DNA of 40,000 nucleotides from the NCBI RefSeq assembly GCF_002836775.1, contig NZ_PJAQ01000043.1, forward strand, positions 21,350 to 61,349, read 5' to 3'. This document shows, piece by piece, positions 1-8,484 of the stretch. The first letter of the stretch is position 1. Each line of letters begins with the position of its first letter. The notes beneath the pieces were generated by a model. The model had not been told where the DNA came from. It was given only the letters and a program-made list of their open reading frames with translations, and did no database searches. The position numbers were made by a program, and so were the translations under genes. Source of the stretch: Colwellia sp. 12G3. Its GTDB lineage: Bacteria > Pseudomonadota > Gammaproteobacteria > Enterobacterales > Alteromonadaceae.

Positions 1-960
1 TTTACCAAGAATAGCCACGAAGGTTGGATGCCATACTCATTGATTATGGAAATCGCTTTGCAGCCAAATGGCTTTATTTCAGGTTACATGGGCACAACAT
101 TAAAGTACCCAGATAAAGATCTATTCTTCCGTAACCTTGATGGCTCGGGTGACTTAATAAAGCAGGTAGATTTACGCGGTAAAACTATCGTCAATAAATC
201 TGTCTTGTTAAGTACAACGATGGCTGGCGGCATGATAGTGCAAAGTTTCACTTTTGAGCTTTATGTCAAAGATGAAAGCGCAGCCGTATCACTAGAAAGT
301 CATGACCTAGCTCGGCATGAAAAGTTTTATAAAGGCACTGCGGTGTTTGGTTACTTTGGTGGTGATGCACTAACCAATCAACTCGGTATTGATAACGGCA
401 GAATTACCCATGCTTGGTATGTCGATAATGAAACACCGGCAGCTAGCATTGAGACGATTAACTTACGTGATGAGCACTTATCTTTTTATCAAGCACCAGC
501 GAATAAACCGCACTATAAATTAGCGGGCGGACAAATGAACTTTATCGACTCTGCCTCAATTGTCGAGGGTGGCGGTAGTGCAGGTGTTGCTTATGTTTAT
601 GGCGAAAGAACCATAGATCCTACCGATTGGTTCTTCCGTTATCACTTCCATCAAGACCCAGTAATGCCTGGCTCTTTAGGTGTAGAAGCGATAATCGAGT
701 TAATGCAAACTTACGCATTGAAAAATGACTTAGGTAAGTCGTTCACTAACCCACGATTTAGTGCACCAAATAGTGTGGTTAAATGGAAATATCGTGGCCA
801 AATAACGCCGTTAAACAAACAAATGTCATTAGACGTGCATATTACCGATATTGTGCATGAAGCTGGCGAAGTACGTTTGATTGGTGATGCGAATTTGTCT
901 AAAGATGGCTTACGCATATATCAAGTTAAAGATATTGTATTAAGTATCGTAGAAGCATAA
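1..960 (+). CDS. pfaC: PUFA synthase subunit PfaC, C-terminal part (FabA-like dehydratase region); 5' end is outside the window
   Basis: The frame is open from nt 1 and stops at 958-960. Contains a FabA/hot-dog type motif block, WFFRYHFHQDPVMPGSLGVEAIIE. Lies directly upstream of pfaD. Confidence 0.8.
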   Translation, partial: FTKNSHEGWMPYSLIMEIALQPNGFISGYMGTTLKYPDKDLFFRNLDGSGDLIKQVDLRGKTIVNKSVLLSTTMAGGMIVQSFTFELYVKDESAAVSLESHDLARHEKFYKGTAVFGYFGGDALTNQLGIDNGRITHAWYVDNETPAASIETINLRDEHLSFYQAPANKPHYKLAGGQMNFIDSASIVEGGGSAGVAYVYGERTIDPTDWFFRYHFHQDPVMPGSLGVEAIIELMQTYALKNDLGKSFTNPRFSAPNSVVKWKYRGQITPLNKQMSLDVHITDIVHEAGEVRLIGDANLSKDGLRIYQVKDIVLSIVEA

Positions 961-1109
961 ATAACAATTAATAAAAACTGGATACAGGACAATATGCTCC
1001 ATTCATTGTCTAACAAGTGGCATCCGTGCCACGTCCGACAAGTAACTTCGGGTATGACGTAAATAAGTCGAGAGTTTCTTAATGATGAGGAACAAACCTC
1101 TCAATCGTC

Positions 1110-1146
1110 ATTCCCGCGTTGTCTTGGCGGGAATCCATTGTTTTTT
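1110..1146 (+). terminator. Terminator-like hairpin in the pfaC-pfaD spacer
   Basis: 8-bp stem ATTCCCGC (1110-1117) / GCGGGAAT (1127-1134) with a 9-nt loop. TTGTTTTTT follows 5 nt downstream. Confidence 0.4.
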
Positions 1147-1176
1147 GAGCAAAAAAATAAAAGAACAGGAAATAAC

Positions 1177-2775
1177 ATGTCAAACATCGATTTTAATAAT
1201 GCCAGAGCCATTGATTGGGCATGGAAAGTTAACGCCAATGAAGTTAACAGTAATGATGTACAAATAAAATCAGCGTTAATGGATTTAACAAAACCAGTGT
1301 ATGTTGCTAAATCGGCGACTGGCTTAGGTGTGGTAAGCACTACCGCTGCTACAGGTGATACGGATGTATTAGCTTTCGCACAAAAACTTATGCCGCAAGA
1401 TTTAGGTGATGACGCCTACAAAAAACAGCATGGCGTCAAATATGCCTATCATGGCGGCGCTATGGCTAATGGCATAGCCTCAGTTGAATTAGTGGTCGCT
1501 TTAGGTAAAGCCGGTTTCTTATGCTCATTTGGCGCTGCGGGTTTAGTACCTGATGCGGTAGAAGATGCGATTAAACGCATTCAAGCAGCATTACCCAATG
1601 GCCCTTACGCGGTTAACTTAATTCATGCTCCAGCGGAAGAAGCTTTAGAGCGTGGCGCAGTTGAACGCTTTTTAAAGCTTGGTGTTAAAACCGTTGAAGC
1701 TTCAGCTTACTTAGGTTTAACCGAACATATTGTTTGGTACCGTTTAGCTGGTTTAAGCGAAAACAGTGATGGTAGTGTCAATATTGGTAACAAAGTTATT
1801 GCGAAAGTATCACGCACGGAAGTAGGGCGACGCTTTATGGAGCCTGCACCGCAAAAACTTATTGATAAATTACTTAGCCAAGGCAAGATAACCCCAGAGC
1901 AAGCAGAGCTATCAAAACGCGTGCCAATGGCTGATGATATTACTGCCGAAGCTGATTCTGGCGGTCATACCGATAACCGACCTTTCTTAACTTTATTGCC
2001 AACTATCATCGCGCTTCGTGATGAAGTTCAAGCGCAATATAACTTCTCTCCTGCACTACGTGTTGGCGCTGGTGGTGGTATTGGTACCCCTGAATCTGCC
2101 TTAGCTGCCTTTAATATGGGTGCTGCCTATATTGTACTTGGCTCAGTAAACCAAGCCTGTGTTGAAGCTGGCGCTTCAGAGCATACCCGTAAACTATTAG
2201 CTGATGTTGAAATGGCTGATGTGACAATGGCTCCCGCAGCCGATATGTTTGAAATGGGCGTGAAATTACAAGTCGTTAAACGTGGTTCAATGTTCGCTAT
2301 GAGAGCGAAGAAGCTTTACGAGTTGTACATTAACTATGACTCAATTGAAGCGATCCCAGCTGATGAGCGACTTAAGATAGAAAAACAAATCTTTAGGTCT
2401 AATCTTGATGACGTATGGGCAGGCACTGAAGCCTTCTTTACTGAACGTGATCCTGAAATGTTAGCGCGTGCACAATCAAGCCCTAAACGTAAAATGGCGT
2501 TAATTTTCCGTTGGTATTTAGGCTTAAGTTCGCGTTGGTCAAATACCGGTGAAAAAGGCCGTGAAATGGATTATCAAATTTGGGCAGGTCCAAGTTTAGG
2601 TGCATTTAATAGCTGGGTAAAAGGCACCTATTTAGAAGATTACACTCGCCGTTATGCCGTTGATGTTGCTTTGCATATGCTAAAAGGTGCTGCCTACTTA
2701 CAACGAGTAAACCAGTTGAAATTACAAGGTATTACGCTAACTACGTCGCTAGCAAGTTATCATAGCGAAGACTAG
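1177..2775 (+). CDS. pfaD: PfaD-family enoyl reductase of the PUFA/polyketide synthase (FabK / nitronate monooxygenase-like)
   Basis: 545-aa ORF. The likely start is ATG 1177 (MSNIDFNN...), preceded by AGGA 7 nt upstream. Typical PfaD blocks are present: YAYHGGAMANGIAS, EADSGGHTDNRP, GAGGGIGTPE. Follows pfaC. Confidence 0.9.
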   Translation: MSNIDFNNARAIDWAWKVNANEVNSNDVQIKSALMDLTKPVYVAKSATGLGVVSTTAATGDTDVLAFAQKLMPQDLGDDAYKKQHGVKYAYHGGAMANGIASVELVVALGKAGFLCSFGAAGLVPDAVEDAIKRIQAALPNGPYAVNLIHAPAEEALERGAVERFLKLGVKTVEASAYLGLTEHIVWYRLAGLSENSDGSVNIGNKVIAKVSRTEVGRRFMEPAPQKLIDKLLSQGKITPEQAELSKRVPMADDITAEADSGGHTDNRPFLTLLPTIIALRDEVQAQYNFSPALRVGAGGGIGTPESALAAFNMGAAYIVLGSVNQACVEAGASEHTRKLLADVEMADVTMAPAADMFEMGVKLQVVKRGSMFAMRAKKLYELYINYDSIEAIPADERLKIEKQIFRSNLDDVWAGTEAFFTERDPEMLARAQSSPKRKMALIFRWYLGLSSRWSNTGEKGREMDYQIWAGPSLGAFNSWVKGTYLEDYTRRYAVDVALHMLKGAAYLQRVNQLKLQGITLTTSLASYHSED

Positions 2776-2806
2776 TATTAGGAAAGTATTAGCAAAGTAT
2801 TAGGCT
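2774..2806 (+). repeat. Three tandem copies of the 11-bp unit AGTATTAGnnA, starting inside the pfaD stop codon
   Basis: agtattaggaa / agtattagcaa / agtattaggct read directly. Followed by a 7-bp-stem hairpin, TCAGACT (2811-2817) / AGTCTGA (2828-2834). Confidence 0.7.
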
Positions 2807-2859
2807 AGCTTCAGACTGATGTTAGAAAGTCTGATAATAAAAATAAATAAGGGAACACT

Positions 2860-3168
2860 ATGCCAACGTGTACTGAATTTGCAGTTTTTGAGGTTAAAAA
2901 AGCTAACTTAGCGCGTATTATCGCGTTAAGTGAATCACTATTTCTTGAAATTAATGCGGATAATAAAAACATTATTGCTCATGAAATATTAGTGAAAACC
3001 GATAATGCAGAAGAGGTCTGTTGGCATCTTACGTGGGCAAACATTGAAGCCGTAGAGGCAAGTTCATACAAATGGTCAACATACCCAAGTGCAGCAGAAA
3101 TAGAGAGTTTGGTAGGTAAAAAACTCTATTATGGCCACTTTGTTGCCGTTTTTGCAGAGAATACTTAA
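2860..3168 (+). CDS. Hypothetical 102-aa protein, possibly a small alpha+beta (ABM-like) fold
   Basis: ORF with AAGGGA upstream of its ATG. No family recognised. The 3' third overlaps an attC-like sequence, so it may not be a real gene. Confidence 0.35.
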   Translation: MPTCTEFAVFEVKKANLARIIALSESLFLEINADNKNIIAHEILVKTDNAEEVCWHLTWANIEAVEASSYKWSTYPSAAEIESLVGKKLYYGHFVAVFAENT

Positions 3169-3182
3169 ATTCATTAGTTAAG

Positions 3183-3617
3183 CTATTGAGTAACTTTTGA
3201 ATTTAAGGTGTATTTCTTTAAATAACTTGTCACGGCATTGAAAAATAGTATGCCAATAAAATCTGCTGATAAATCCATTAAGTCAAAGGTTCTATTAGGA
3301 ATAAAGTACTGACTGCATTCTTCAATGACAACAAAGATAAACACTAAAGCGGTGCCTAAAAAGAGTTCCTTAGAATACAGCTTGAACGATTTAAATTTAA
3401 AGGCAACATTGGTAGCGAGCGTTAACAGGCCAAATAAGCAGAAGTGTCCTAACTTATCACCGTAAGGAATTCTGGCGACGAACTGAAAAAACACACTACT
3501 TTGCCCCGTATTTGCTAAATAAATAACCCAAACAATAAAACAAAAGAAAACCACTGCGCACAGGGGGATAAGCGTCTTTAAAACTTGATTCATATTGTCT
3601 TTTCTCATTATTATCAT
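3183..3617 (-). CDS. VanZ-like family membrane protein
   Basis: Multi-TM ORF with VanZ-type blocks: DKLGHFCLFGLL and EC.QYFIPNRTFD..DL.AD..G. Confidence 0.65.
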   Translation of the reverse strand: MIIMRKDNMNQVLKTLIPLCAVVFFCFIVWVIYLANTGQSSVFFQFVARIPYGDKLGHFCLFGLLTLATNVAFKFKSFKLYSKELFLGTALVFIFVVIEECSQYFIPNRTFDLMDLSADFIGILFFNAVTSYLKKYTLNSKVTQ

Positions 3618-3637
3618 TTGTTTGGACCATATATATT

Positions 3638-4201
3638 TTATCTGTAATTAACACGGTACTTAAGTTGAATAAAGTCATTAGGGAAGGAAATAGACTCAGC
3701 ACGTTCTAGTTTAACGGGATGATTTAATTTTCCGAATAACGGTATGCCGTCGCCAAGTATTACAGGAGCTTTGGTTATCGTCATTTCATTAATCAGTTTT
3801 AAATTAATAAATGAGGTAATGGTTGCGCCGCCGTCTATGTAGGCATGTTTGTACCCGTTTTCAAACAGCTGATTTACAAGGGTAATAATATCACCAGAGA
3901 CCATTTCAACTTTACCTGCTAAGTTTGCCGGAGGCTCGGTCAGCGTATTACTCAGGGCATAAATCTTAATATTACGATAAGGCCATTGCTCAGCCGGTAT
4001 ATCGAAGCTAGCAATTACCTCCATGCACTTACGGCCCATAATCATACAATCTACCGAGTTGATAAATTCAGTAAATCCCATATCTGGATTTTCACTCATA
4101 TCAGCATCGGCTTTACCGCTAGTATGTAACCAATCAACACCACCATCAGGCGTCGCTATATAACCATCTGTGCTTGTTGCAATATAAACGGAACATTTCA
4201 T
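3638..4201 (-). CDS. Dihydrofolate reductase family protein (RibD C-terminal domain type)
   Basis: MKCSVYIATSTDGYIATPDGGVDWL is a typical RibD_C N-terminus. Start taken at ATG 4201, which has AGGGAAA upstream; the ORF track extends it to 4243. Lies 20 nt upstream of the VanZ-like gene, so probably co-transcribed. Confidence 0.7.
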   Translation of the reverse strand: MKCSVYIATSTDGYIATPDGGVDWLHTSGKADADMSENPDMGFTEFINSVDCMIMGRKCMEVIASFDIPAEQWPYRNIKIYALSNTLTEPPANLAGKVEMVSGDIITLVNQLFENGYKHAYIDGGATITSFINLKLINEMTITKAPVILGDGIPLFGKLNHPVKLERAESISFPNDFIQLKYRVNYR

Positions 4202-4390
4202 AGGCTTGTATTTCCCTAGCTCAATATAGCGGTTGGTTAACATGAATAAATTGATAGGTGAGTTGCAATTATTACGTTATTGTTAAGACAGTTAGCATAG
4301 CAGAAACGATCACGGCAATGATACAATAAGCCGGTATATAGCCTATTCATTGGCTAGCTATTAGCTAAATAAACTGAACTTAGGTTAACT

Positions 4391-4792
4391 ATGAAAGATT
4401 GTAATCAATGCGGAAAATGTTGCATCAAATACGGAGGAGGGGATCTTTCAGCAACAAAAGAAGAAATTGATCTGTGGGAGATATTTAACCCAGAAATTTT
4501 CAAATTCGTTAAGAATAACGAAATATGGTTCGACCCCAAATCTGGCGTAAGTCTAAAGACTTGTCCTTTTCTCTATATTGCGCCCAAAAAAGATCCGTCA
4601 GCGCCCAATATGTATACCTGCAGCATTTACTTAGACAGACCTGAAGACTGTCGTCATTACCCGAGTTTAGTTGCTGAAATGATCAGAGATGAATGTGAAA
4701 TGATTGAAGTCATTGATTTAGAAAACACGAAAAAAGCACAAGTAACGTTAGATATATTGATGAGTGATAGTCGGCCACCAAGTAATTCATAA
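4391..4792 (+). CDS. YkgJ-family cysteine-cluster protein
   Basis: Has the CNQCGKCC motif (CxxCxxCC) near the N-terminus, and C.IY.DRPE.CR.YP later. Confidence 0.7.
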   Translation: MKDCNQCGKCCIKYGGGDLSATKEEIDLWEIFNPEIFKFVKNNEIWFDPKSGVSLKTCPFLYIAPKKDPSAPNMYTCSIYLDRPEDCRHYPSLVAEMIRDECEMIEVIDLENTKKAQVTLDILMSDSRPPSNS

Positions 4793-4845
4793 GCCCGGTT
4801 TATGATGGCCACTGTATGTCATTCGTTTGAAGTTTAGCGTAGGTT

Positions 4846-5640
4846 TTATAGGGTTATTTCGCCGACCATGTAATCAATAGCATTGCCGGTCAGGATAACT
4901 CTGTCTTTATTGAGTTTACAAAAAACCATACCGCTACGCATTGATAGTTGTTGTGCTGTTAACGTTTTCTTGTTGAGTTTTTCTGCCCAATATGGCGTTA
5001 GTTCGCAGTGAGCAGACCCCGTAATAGGGTCTTCATTAACTCTTAATTTAGGGAAAAAGCACCGACTAACAAAATCTACATCAGCATCATTTGCTGGCGC
5101 AGTAACAACAACGCCCCTTAAATCAATATTCAACCACAATGAAAGTTCGGGGGTTAACTCTTTAACTACTTCTTCACTATCAAGCACAATAATATAATCA
5201 AATGCTGACAAGACTTGTAATGGTCTTACTCCCCCTAAACCGTTAATCAAGTCAGTGGGAAGATTTGAATTTAATTCAATAGGCGCTGAAGCAGGGAAGT
5301 CCATGCTGTAGCCAGAACTTGTTTGGCTGACAATCAGCTTACCACTTTTAGTTTGGAAGTTTATTTGAGCTTTACTGTAGCCTAAATGCTTATATAACAC
5401 ATGGGCGCACGCTAACGTGGCATGACCACATAAATCTACTTCTTCTAATGGGGTAAACCAACGCAACTGAATATCATTGTCGCCATAGACAAAAAATGCA
5501 GTTTCCGATAAGTTATTTTCTTCAGCTATTTTTTGAAGAATGTCATCATCAAGCCAATCATTTAATGGAATTACAGCGGCAGGGTTTCCTTCAAAAGCCT
5601 TTGAGGCAAAGGCATCAACTTGATAAATTTGTAATTTCAT
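4846..5640 (-). CDS. PhzF-family isomerase
   Basis: 264 aa. The N-terminus MKLQIYQVDAFA...FEGNPAAV and the blocks ETAF, CGHATLA and TGSAHC are typical of the PhzF/YddE family. Confidence 0.85.
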   Translation of the reverse strand: MKLQIYQVDAFASKAFEGNPAAVIPLNDWLDDDILQKIAEENNLSETAFFVYGDNDIQLRWFTPLEEVDLCGHATLACAHVLYKHLGYSKAQINFQTKSGKLIVSQTSSGYSMDFPASAPIELNSNLPTDLINGLGGVRPLQVLSAFDYIIVLDSEEVVKELTPELSLWLNIDLRGVVVTAPANDADVDFVSRCFFPKLRVNEDPITGSAHCELTPYWAEKLNKKTLTAQQLSMRSGMVFCKLNKDRVILTGNAIDYMVGEITL

Positions 5641-5755
5641 GAGTTCCCTAGAGGATAATATAAAGTAAAGTCTACTGTGCTTATGAACAGACCAATGTTA
5701 TAGGCTGAACTGAGATAAAGGTAAAATATGGCTGTGCTAATAAGGCTGTAAAAAA

Positions 5756-6115
5756 TTACTCAAAAAACACCCAGATTCTTTTACTGGAATTTGAATAGGA
5801 ATATTTTAGTTCCAATAAGTGATTTGCTAAATCTACGGCATTTACATCCGTATTTCCCCAAGAACTTTCTTGAGACCAATGTTCAGCAATGATCTTTATT
5901 TTTTCGTCATCGATTATTGATAATGTTTCAGAAAAATTAACAGACAACAACCACAGGTTATCCGTTTGAGCAGAGCTACCACTTTTAAAACATTCAAGTA
6001 GTTCACTGATATTATCTTTAGTAAAACGACCACCTCCGAGAATTGAGTCATCAGGGATGTCATCAGAACTTTTGAAAGCGTTATCATCTACTTCTGTAAA
6101 GAAGGTTACATCCAT
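5756..6115 (-). CDS. Cassette 19 ORF: acidic hypothetical protein (119 aa)
   Basis: The ORF starts 19 nt after the R' end of attC-18, which is cassette-like placement. No family recognised, and no convincing attC of its own. Confidence 0.5.
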   Translation of the reverse strand: MDVTFFTEVDDNAFKSSDDIPDDSILGGGRFTKDNISELLECFKSGSSAQTDNLWLLSVNFSETLSIIDDEKIKIIAEHWSQESSWGNTDVNAVDLANHLLELKYSYSNSSKRIWVFFE

Positions 6116-6133
6116 AATCTATTCTCTATGTAT

Positions 6134-6211
6134 TTATAATGGCCAACGAACGGGCTAAGTAATAGTAGGCTAAAATATCGAAAACCAAGCGGTTTACAAC
6201 TCCCCGATACC
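6134..6211 (-). repeat. attC-18 (degenerate)
   Basis: tataatggccaacgaacgggctaagtaatagtaggctaaaat... aligns to the left half of the family consensus. The R' core is ATTATAA instead of GTTAT.., and the right half is weak (..cgatacc). Confidence 0.55.
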
Positions 6212-6449
6212 AGAGTCAGGAATAGCCGCTAAGATTAAATTCTGCTCACCATTCGACATAGTGCCAAAATGCTGAAGTGCAAAACTAGCTTTTTTACCAC
6301 TTAACTCAATTGTAACTAATTCAATAGCCGATAAGCCAATTTAATACCATGCTTTTAATCCGCATAAGGCTCAATTGGTTTCATTTGCAAGTCAAAATTT
6401 CCTGATGTTTTTATATCTCGCCTTTATTCGATGACACTATTTAAGAAAA

Positions 6450-6553
6450 GCCTAACACTCAACTAAACTAAGCGGATAAATATAGCATGGCTGAAATGCG
6501 GGAGGTACAAGCCACACCCCACTGTAATTTTCCATTTAACGTACTTGATACTT
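6450..6553 (-). repeat. attC-17
   Basis: gcctaacac..ctaagcgg..gccaca..actgtaattttccatttaacgtacttgatac matches the family, with TAAC on the left and G(T)ATAC on the right. Confidence 0.7.
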
Positions 6554-6640
6554 ATTGATCCTTCTCCCAAACGTCTAGGCTTTAGCTGAACATTAAGGCA
6601 ACCAAGCCAAAAGGGAAAACGTCCCACTTGCCTATCATAA

Positions 6641-7330
6641 TTAAATTCTTACACCATTTACAAAACTGCAATTAGGAAAGAAAGAATAACTATCTACGGG
6701 CTTAAGCTCAATAATATTTATTTCACTTACTTTATCCGATTGAATTTTTTGTTCTATTTCAAAGTAAAACCACCAACGTTCGTTAAATGATGTTAATTCG
6801 ATATAAGGATAACTTCTTATTTTCCAACTTCCTTTGAGATGATCTGTTCGGTCGTTCGTTTTGTTGGCAAAAGACAGTTGATAAGAATTATCTTTGTTTA
6901 AAAGAAGGTTAACTACAGTATCGCAATGTAGGCTTTCGTAATCATTAGCCAGATCTTGACTAGCCACTTTATCTTTTTGTTTAACTCCTTCTGGGAGTAA
7001 AAACAAACCAACACTATCTTTGCTATACCAATGATTTCCTGACACAAGCGCTTCTACATTAGGGATAAACCAACCTATATCAGAAAGTGAATTTATTAAT
7101 ATATCTAAAGTTTTTTCACCGTTAATAAAGGGAGAATAAAGCAGAGTTGATTGGTCAATTGTTTCTGGAAAAGAGAGTGTATTAGTAATAACTGTAAAGT
7201 TAGCTTCGTCCAGCTTTGAACTGATTTTTTTTATGTCAGTATCTGATAAATAACGGGTATATAAACGTACCTCTGTAGAAGAACAAGCAACAAGAAAAAG
7301 ACTAAGTATTACCACACTCAAAAATTTCAT
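6641..7330 (-). CDS. Cassette 17 ORF: putative lipoprotein (229 aa)
   Basis: Signal peptide with lipobox LVAC|SS. AGGGA lies upstream of the ATG. Starts 23 nt after attC-16 R'. Confidence 0.6.
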   Translation of the reverse strand: MKFLSVVILSLFLVACSSTEVRLYTRYLSDTDIKKISSKLDEANFTVITNTLSFPETIDQSTLLYSPFINGEKTLDILINSLSDIGWFIPNVEALVSGNHWYSKDSVGLFLLPEGVKQKDKVASQDLANDYESLHCDTVVNLLLNKDNSYQLSFANKTNDRTDHLKGSWKIRSYPYIELTSFNERWWFYFEIEQKIQSDKVSEINIIELKPVDSYSFFPNCSFVNGVRI

Positions 7331-7352
7331 TAAATCGGATCCCTACGAATAC

Positions 7353-7423
7353 ACCTAACGCCAAAATAAGTGACAAAGAAGAAAAACCAACTGTTTTTTG
7401 TCCTTTATAATGACTTTTTATAC
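7353..7423 (-). repeat. attC-16 (short form)
   Basis: acctaacgccaaaataagtgac...ccaactgttttttgtcctttataatgactttttatac. The R'' core is degenerate (TTTATAC). Confidence 0.65.
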
Positions 7424-7449
7424 GCCAACAGCTCCTGACTTACTAATAA

Positions 7450-7755
7450 TTAAAATTTTATTTTACCCACTACAATATCTTTAAACATTACCCAATCACC
7501 CATTAAGCTGTAAATTGGATAAACAAAAGTAGCGGGTCTATTTTTTTCAAATATAAAATGCCCCAGCCAAGCGAAACCGTAACCAATAACAGGTATAAAC
7601 CAAAGCAAAGAAAAATATCTAGAGATCACAACATAAGTCATTAATAAAATAATTAAACTAGAGCCTACAAAATGAAGTCGTCGGCAGATTTTATTTTCGT
7701 GCTGGCTTAAATAAAAAGGATAAAATTCCGAAAAATTTTTATATTGATTTATCAT
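7450..7755 (-). CDS. Cassette 16 ORF: DUF962 (Mpo1/YGL010w-like) membrane protein
   Basis: FSEFYPFYLSQHENKICRRLHFVGS is a typical DUF962 N-terminus, followed by TM helices. Confidence 0.65.
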   Translation of the reverse strand: MINQYKNFSEFYPFYLSQHENKICRRLHFVGSSLIILLMTYVVISRYFSLLWFIPVIGYGFAWLGHFIFEKNRPATFVYPIYSLMGDWVMFKDIVVGKIKF

Positions 7756-7801
7756 TTAATTATCTCTAAATTTTTATCAGTTGCCTATGATTGTAAGAGG
7801 C

Positions 7802-7895
7802 ATATAACACCTCAATCAAGAACTAAAAAATGTTTACTCTACGGTTGGAAAACTAAAAATCAATCTGTTTTTAGTCCCGTTTGGTTGGCTTATTA
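7802..7895 (-). repeat. attC-15
   Basis: Left end atataac and right end cttatta, the same variant as attC-2. It overlaps the cassette 15 stop codon. The internal sequence is diverged. Confidence 0.6.
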
Positions 7896-8225
7896 TACGT
7901 CATAGTTAGCATCAACAAGTTCACCAATATTAAACTCTGAAATGATATTCTGGTCTTTCAACCAATTAGATATGCTTGATATGTCTGATTCAGTAACTGA
8001 ACCATAGCGTTCAATAGAAGAAATAAATCCTGCAAAGGAAGTCAGATCTCCACCACCGCCAATACGCAACTTTAGAGTTTCAACATAAAGAAAAAAGTCA
8101 TCCATTATTGTTGCTAATTCAGACTCATCCTTACACGTTAAATTACAATCTAACTCAACTCCCATTACAGCAAATTCATCTAAATAAAGCTTTTTTCTTA
8201 ATCGAAGAGATTTTCGAGTGTGCAT
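7893..8225 (-). CDS. Cassette 15 ORF: YggL-like (DUF469) protein
   Basis: MHTRKSLRLRKKLYLDEF matches the E. coli YggL N-terminus (..RSRRLRKKMHIDEF, recalled). Start moved to ATG 8225 (AAGGA upstream) because the track start at 8252 lies inside the attC. Confidence 0.7.
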   Translation of the reverse strand: MHTRKSLRLRKKLYLDEFAVMGVELDCNLTCKDESELATIMDDFFLYVETLKLRIGGGGDLTSFAGFISSIERYGSVTESDISSISNWLKDQNIISEFNIGELVDANYDV

Positions 8226-8237
8226 AATTTTTCCTTG

Positions 8238-8474
8238 GTATATACGCCTCAATAAGAGGCTAAAAAATGTTGGCTAAAATACTTTGCTCAGAAGCGAGTA
8301 AAATAGCATGAAGTTTGTACGTTAGTAAATATTGCTCATAATGACGCTTTATTGTATGTCCGACAAGTCACCCCTTTAGTGACAATTAATTAAATAACAA
8401 TCCAGCAAAGTGAGACAAGATCAAAGCGAAACCGAGCCAACTTTTAGCAGTACTGCTTGAAATATTGGTTATGC
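8238..8474 (-). repeat. attC-14: composite or expanded attC region (237 bp)
   Basis: Family left half at 8238-8300 (tatacgcctcaataagaggc..gttggctaaaat..gaagcga). Family right half at 8421-8474 (aagcgaaaccgagccaact..ggttatg). About 120 bp of unrelated sequence lies between them. Confidence 0.6.
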
Positions 8475-8484
8475 CGAATGTCAC

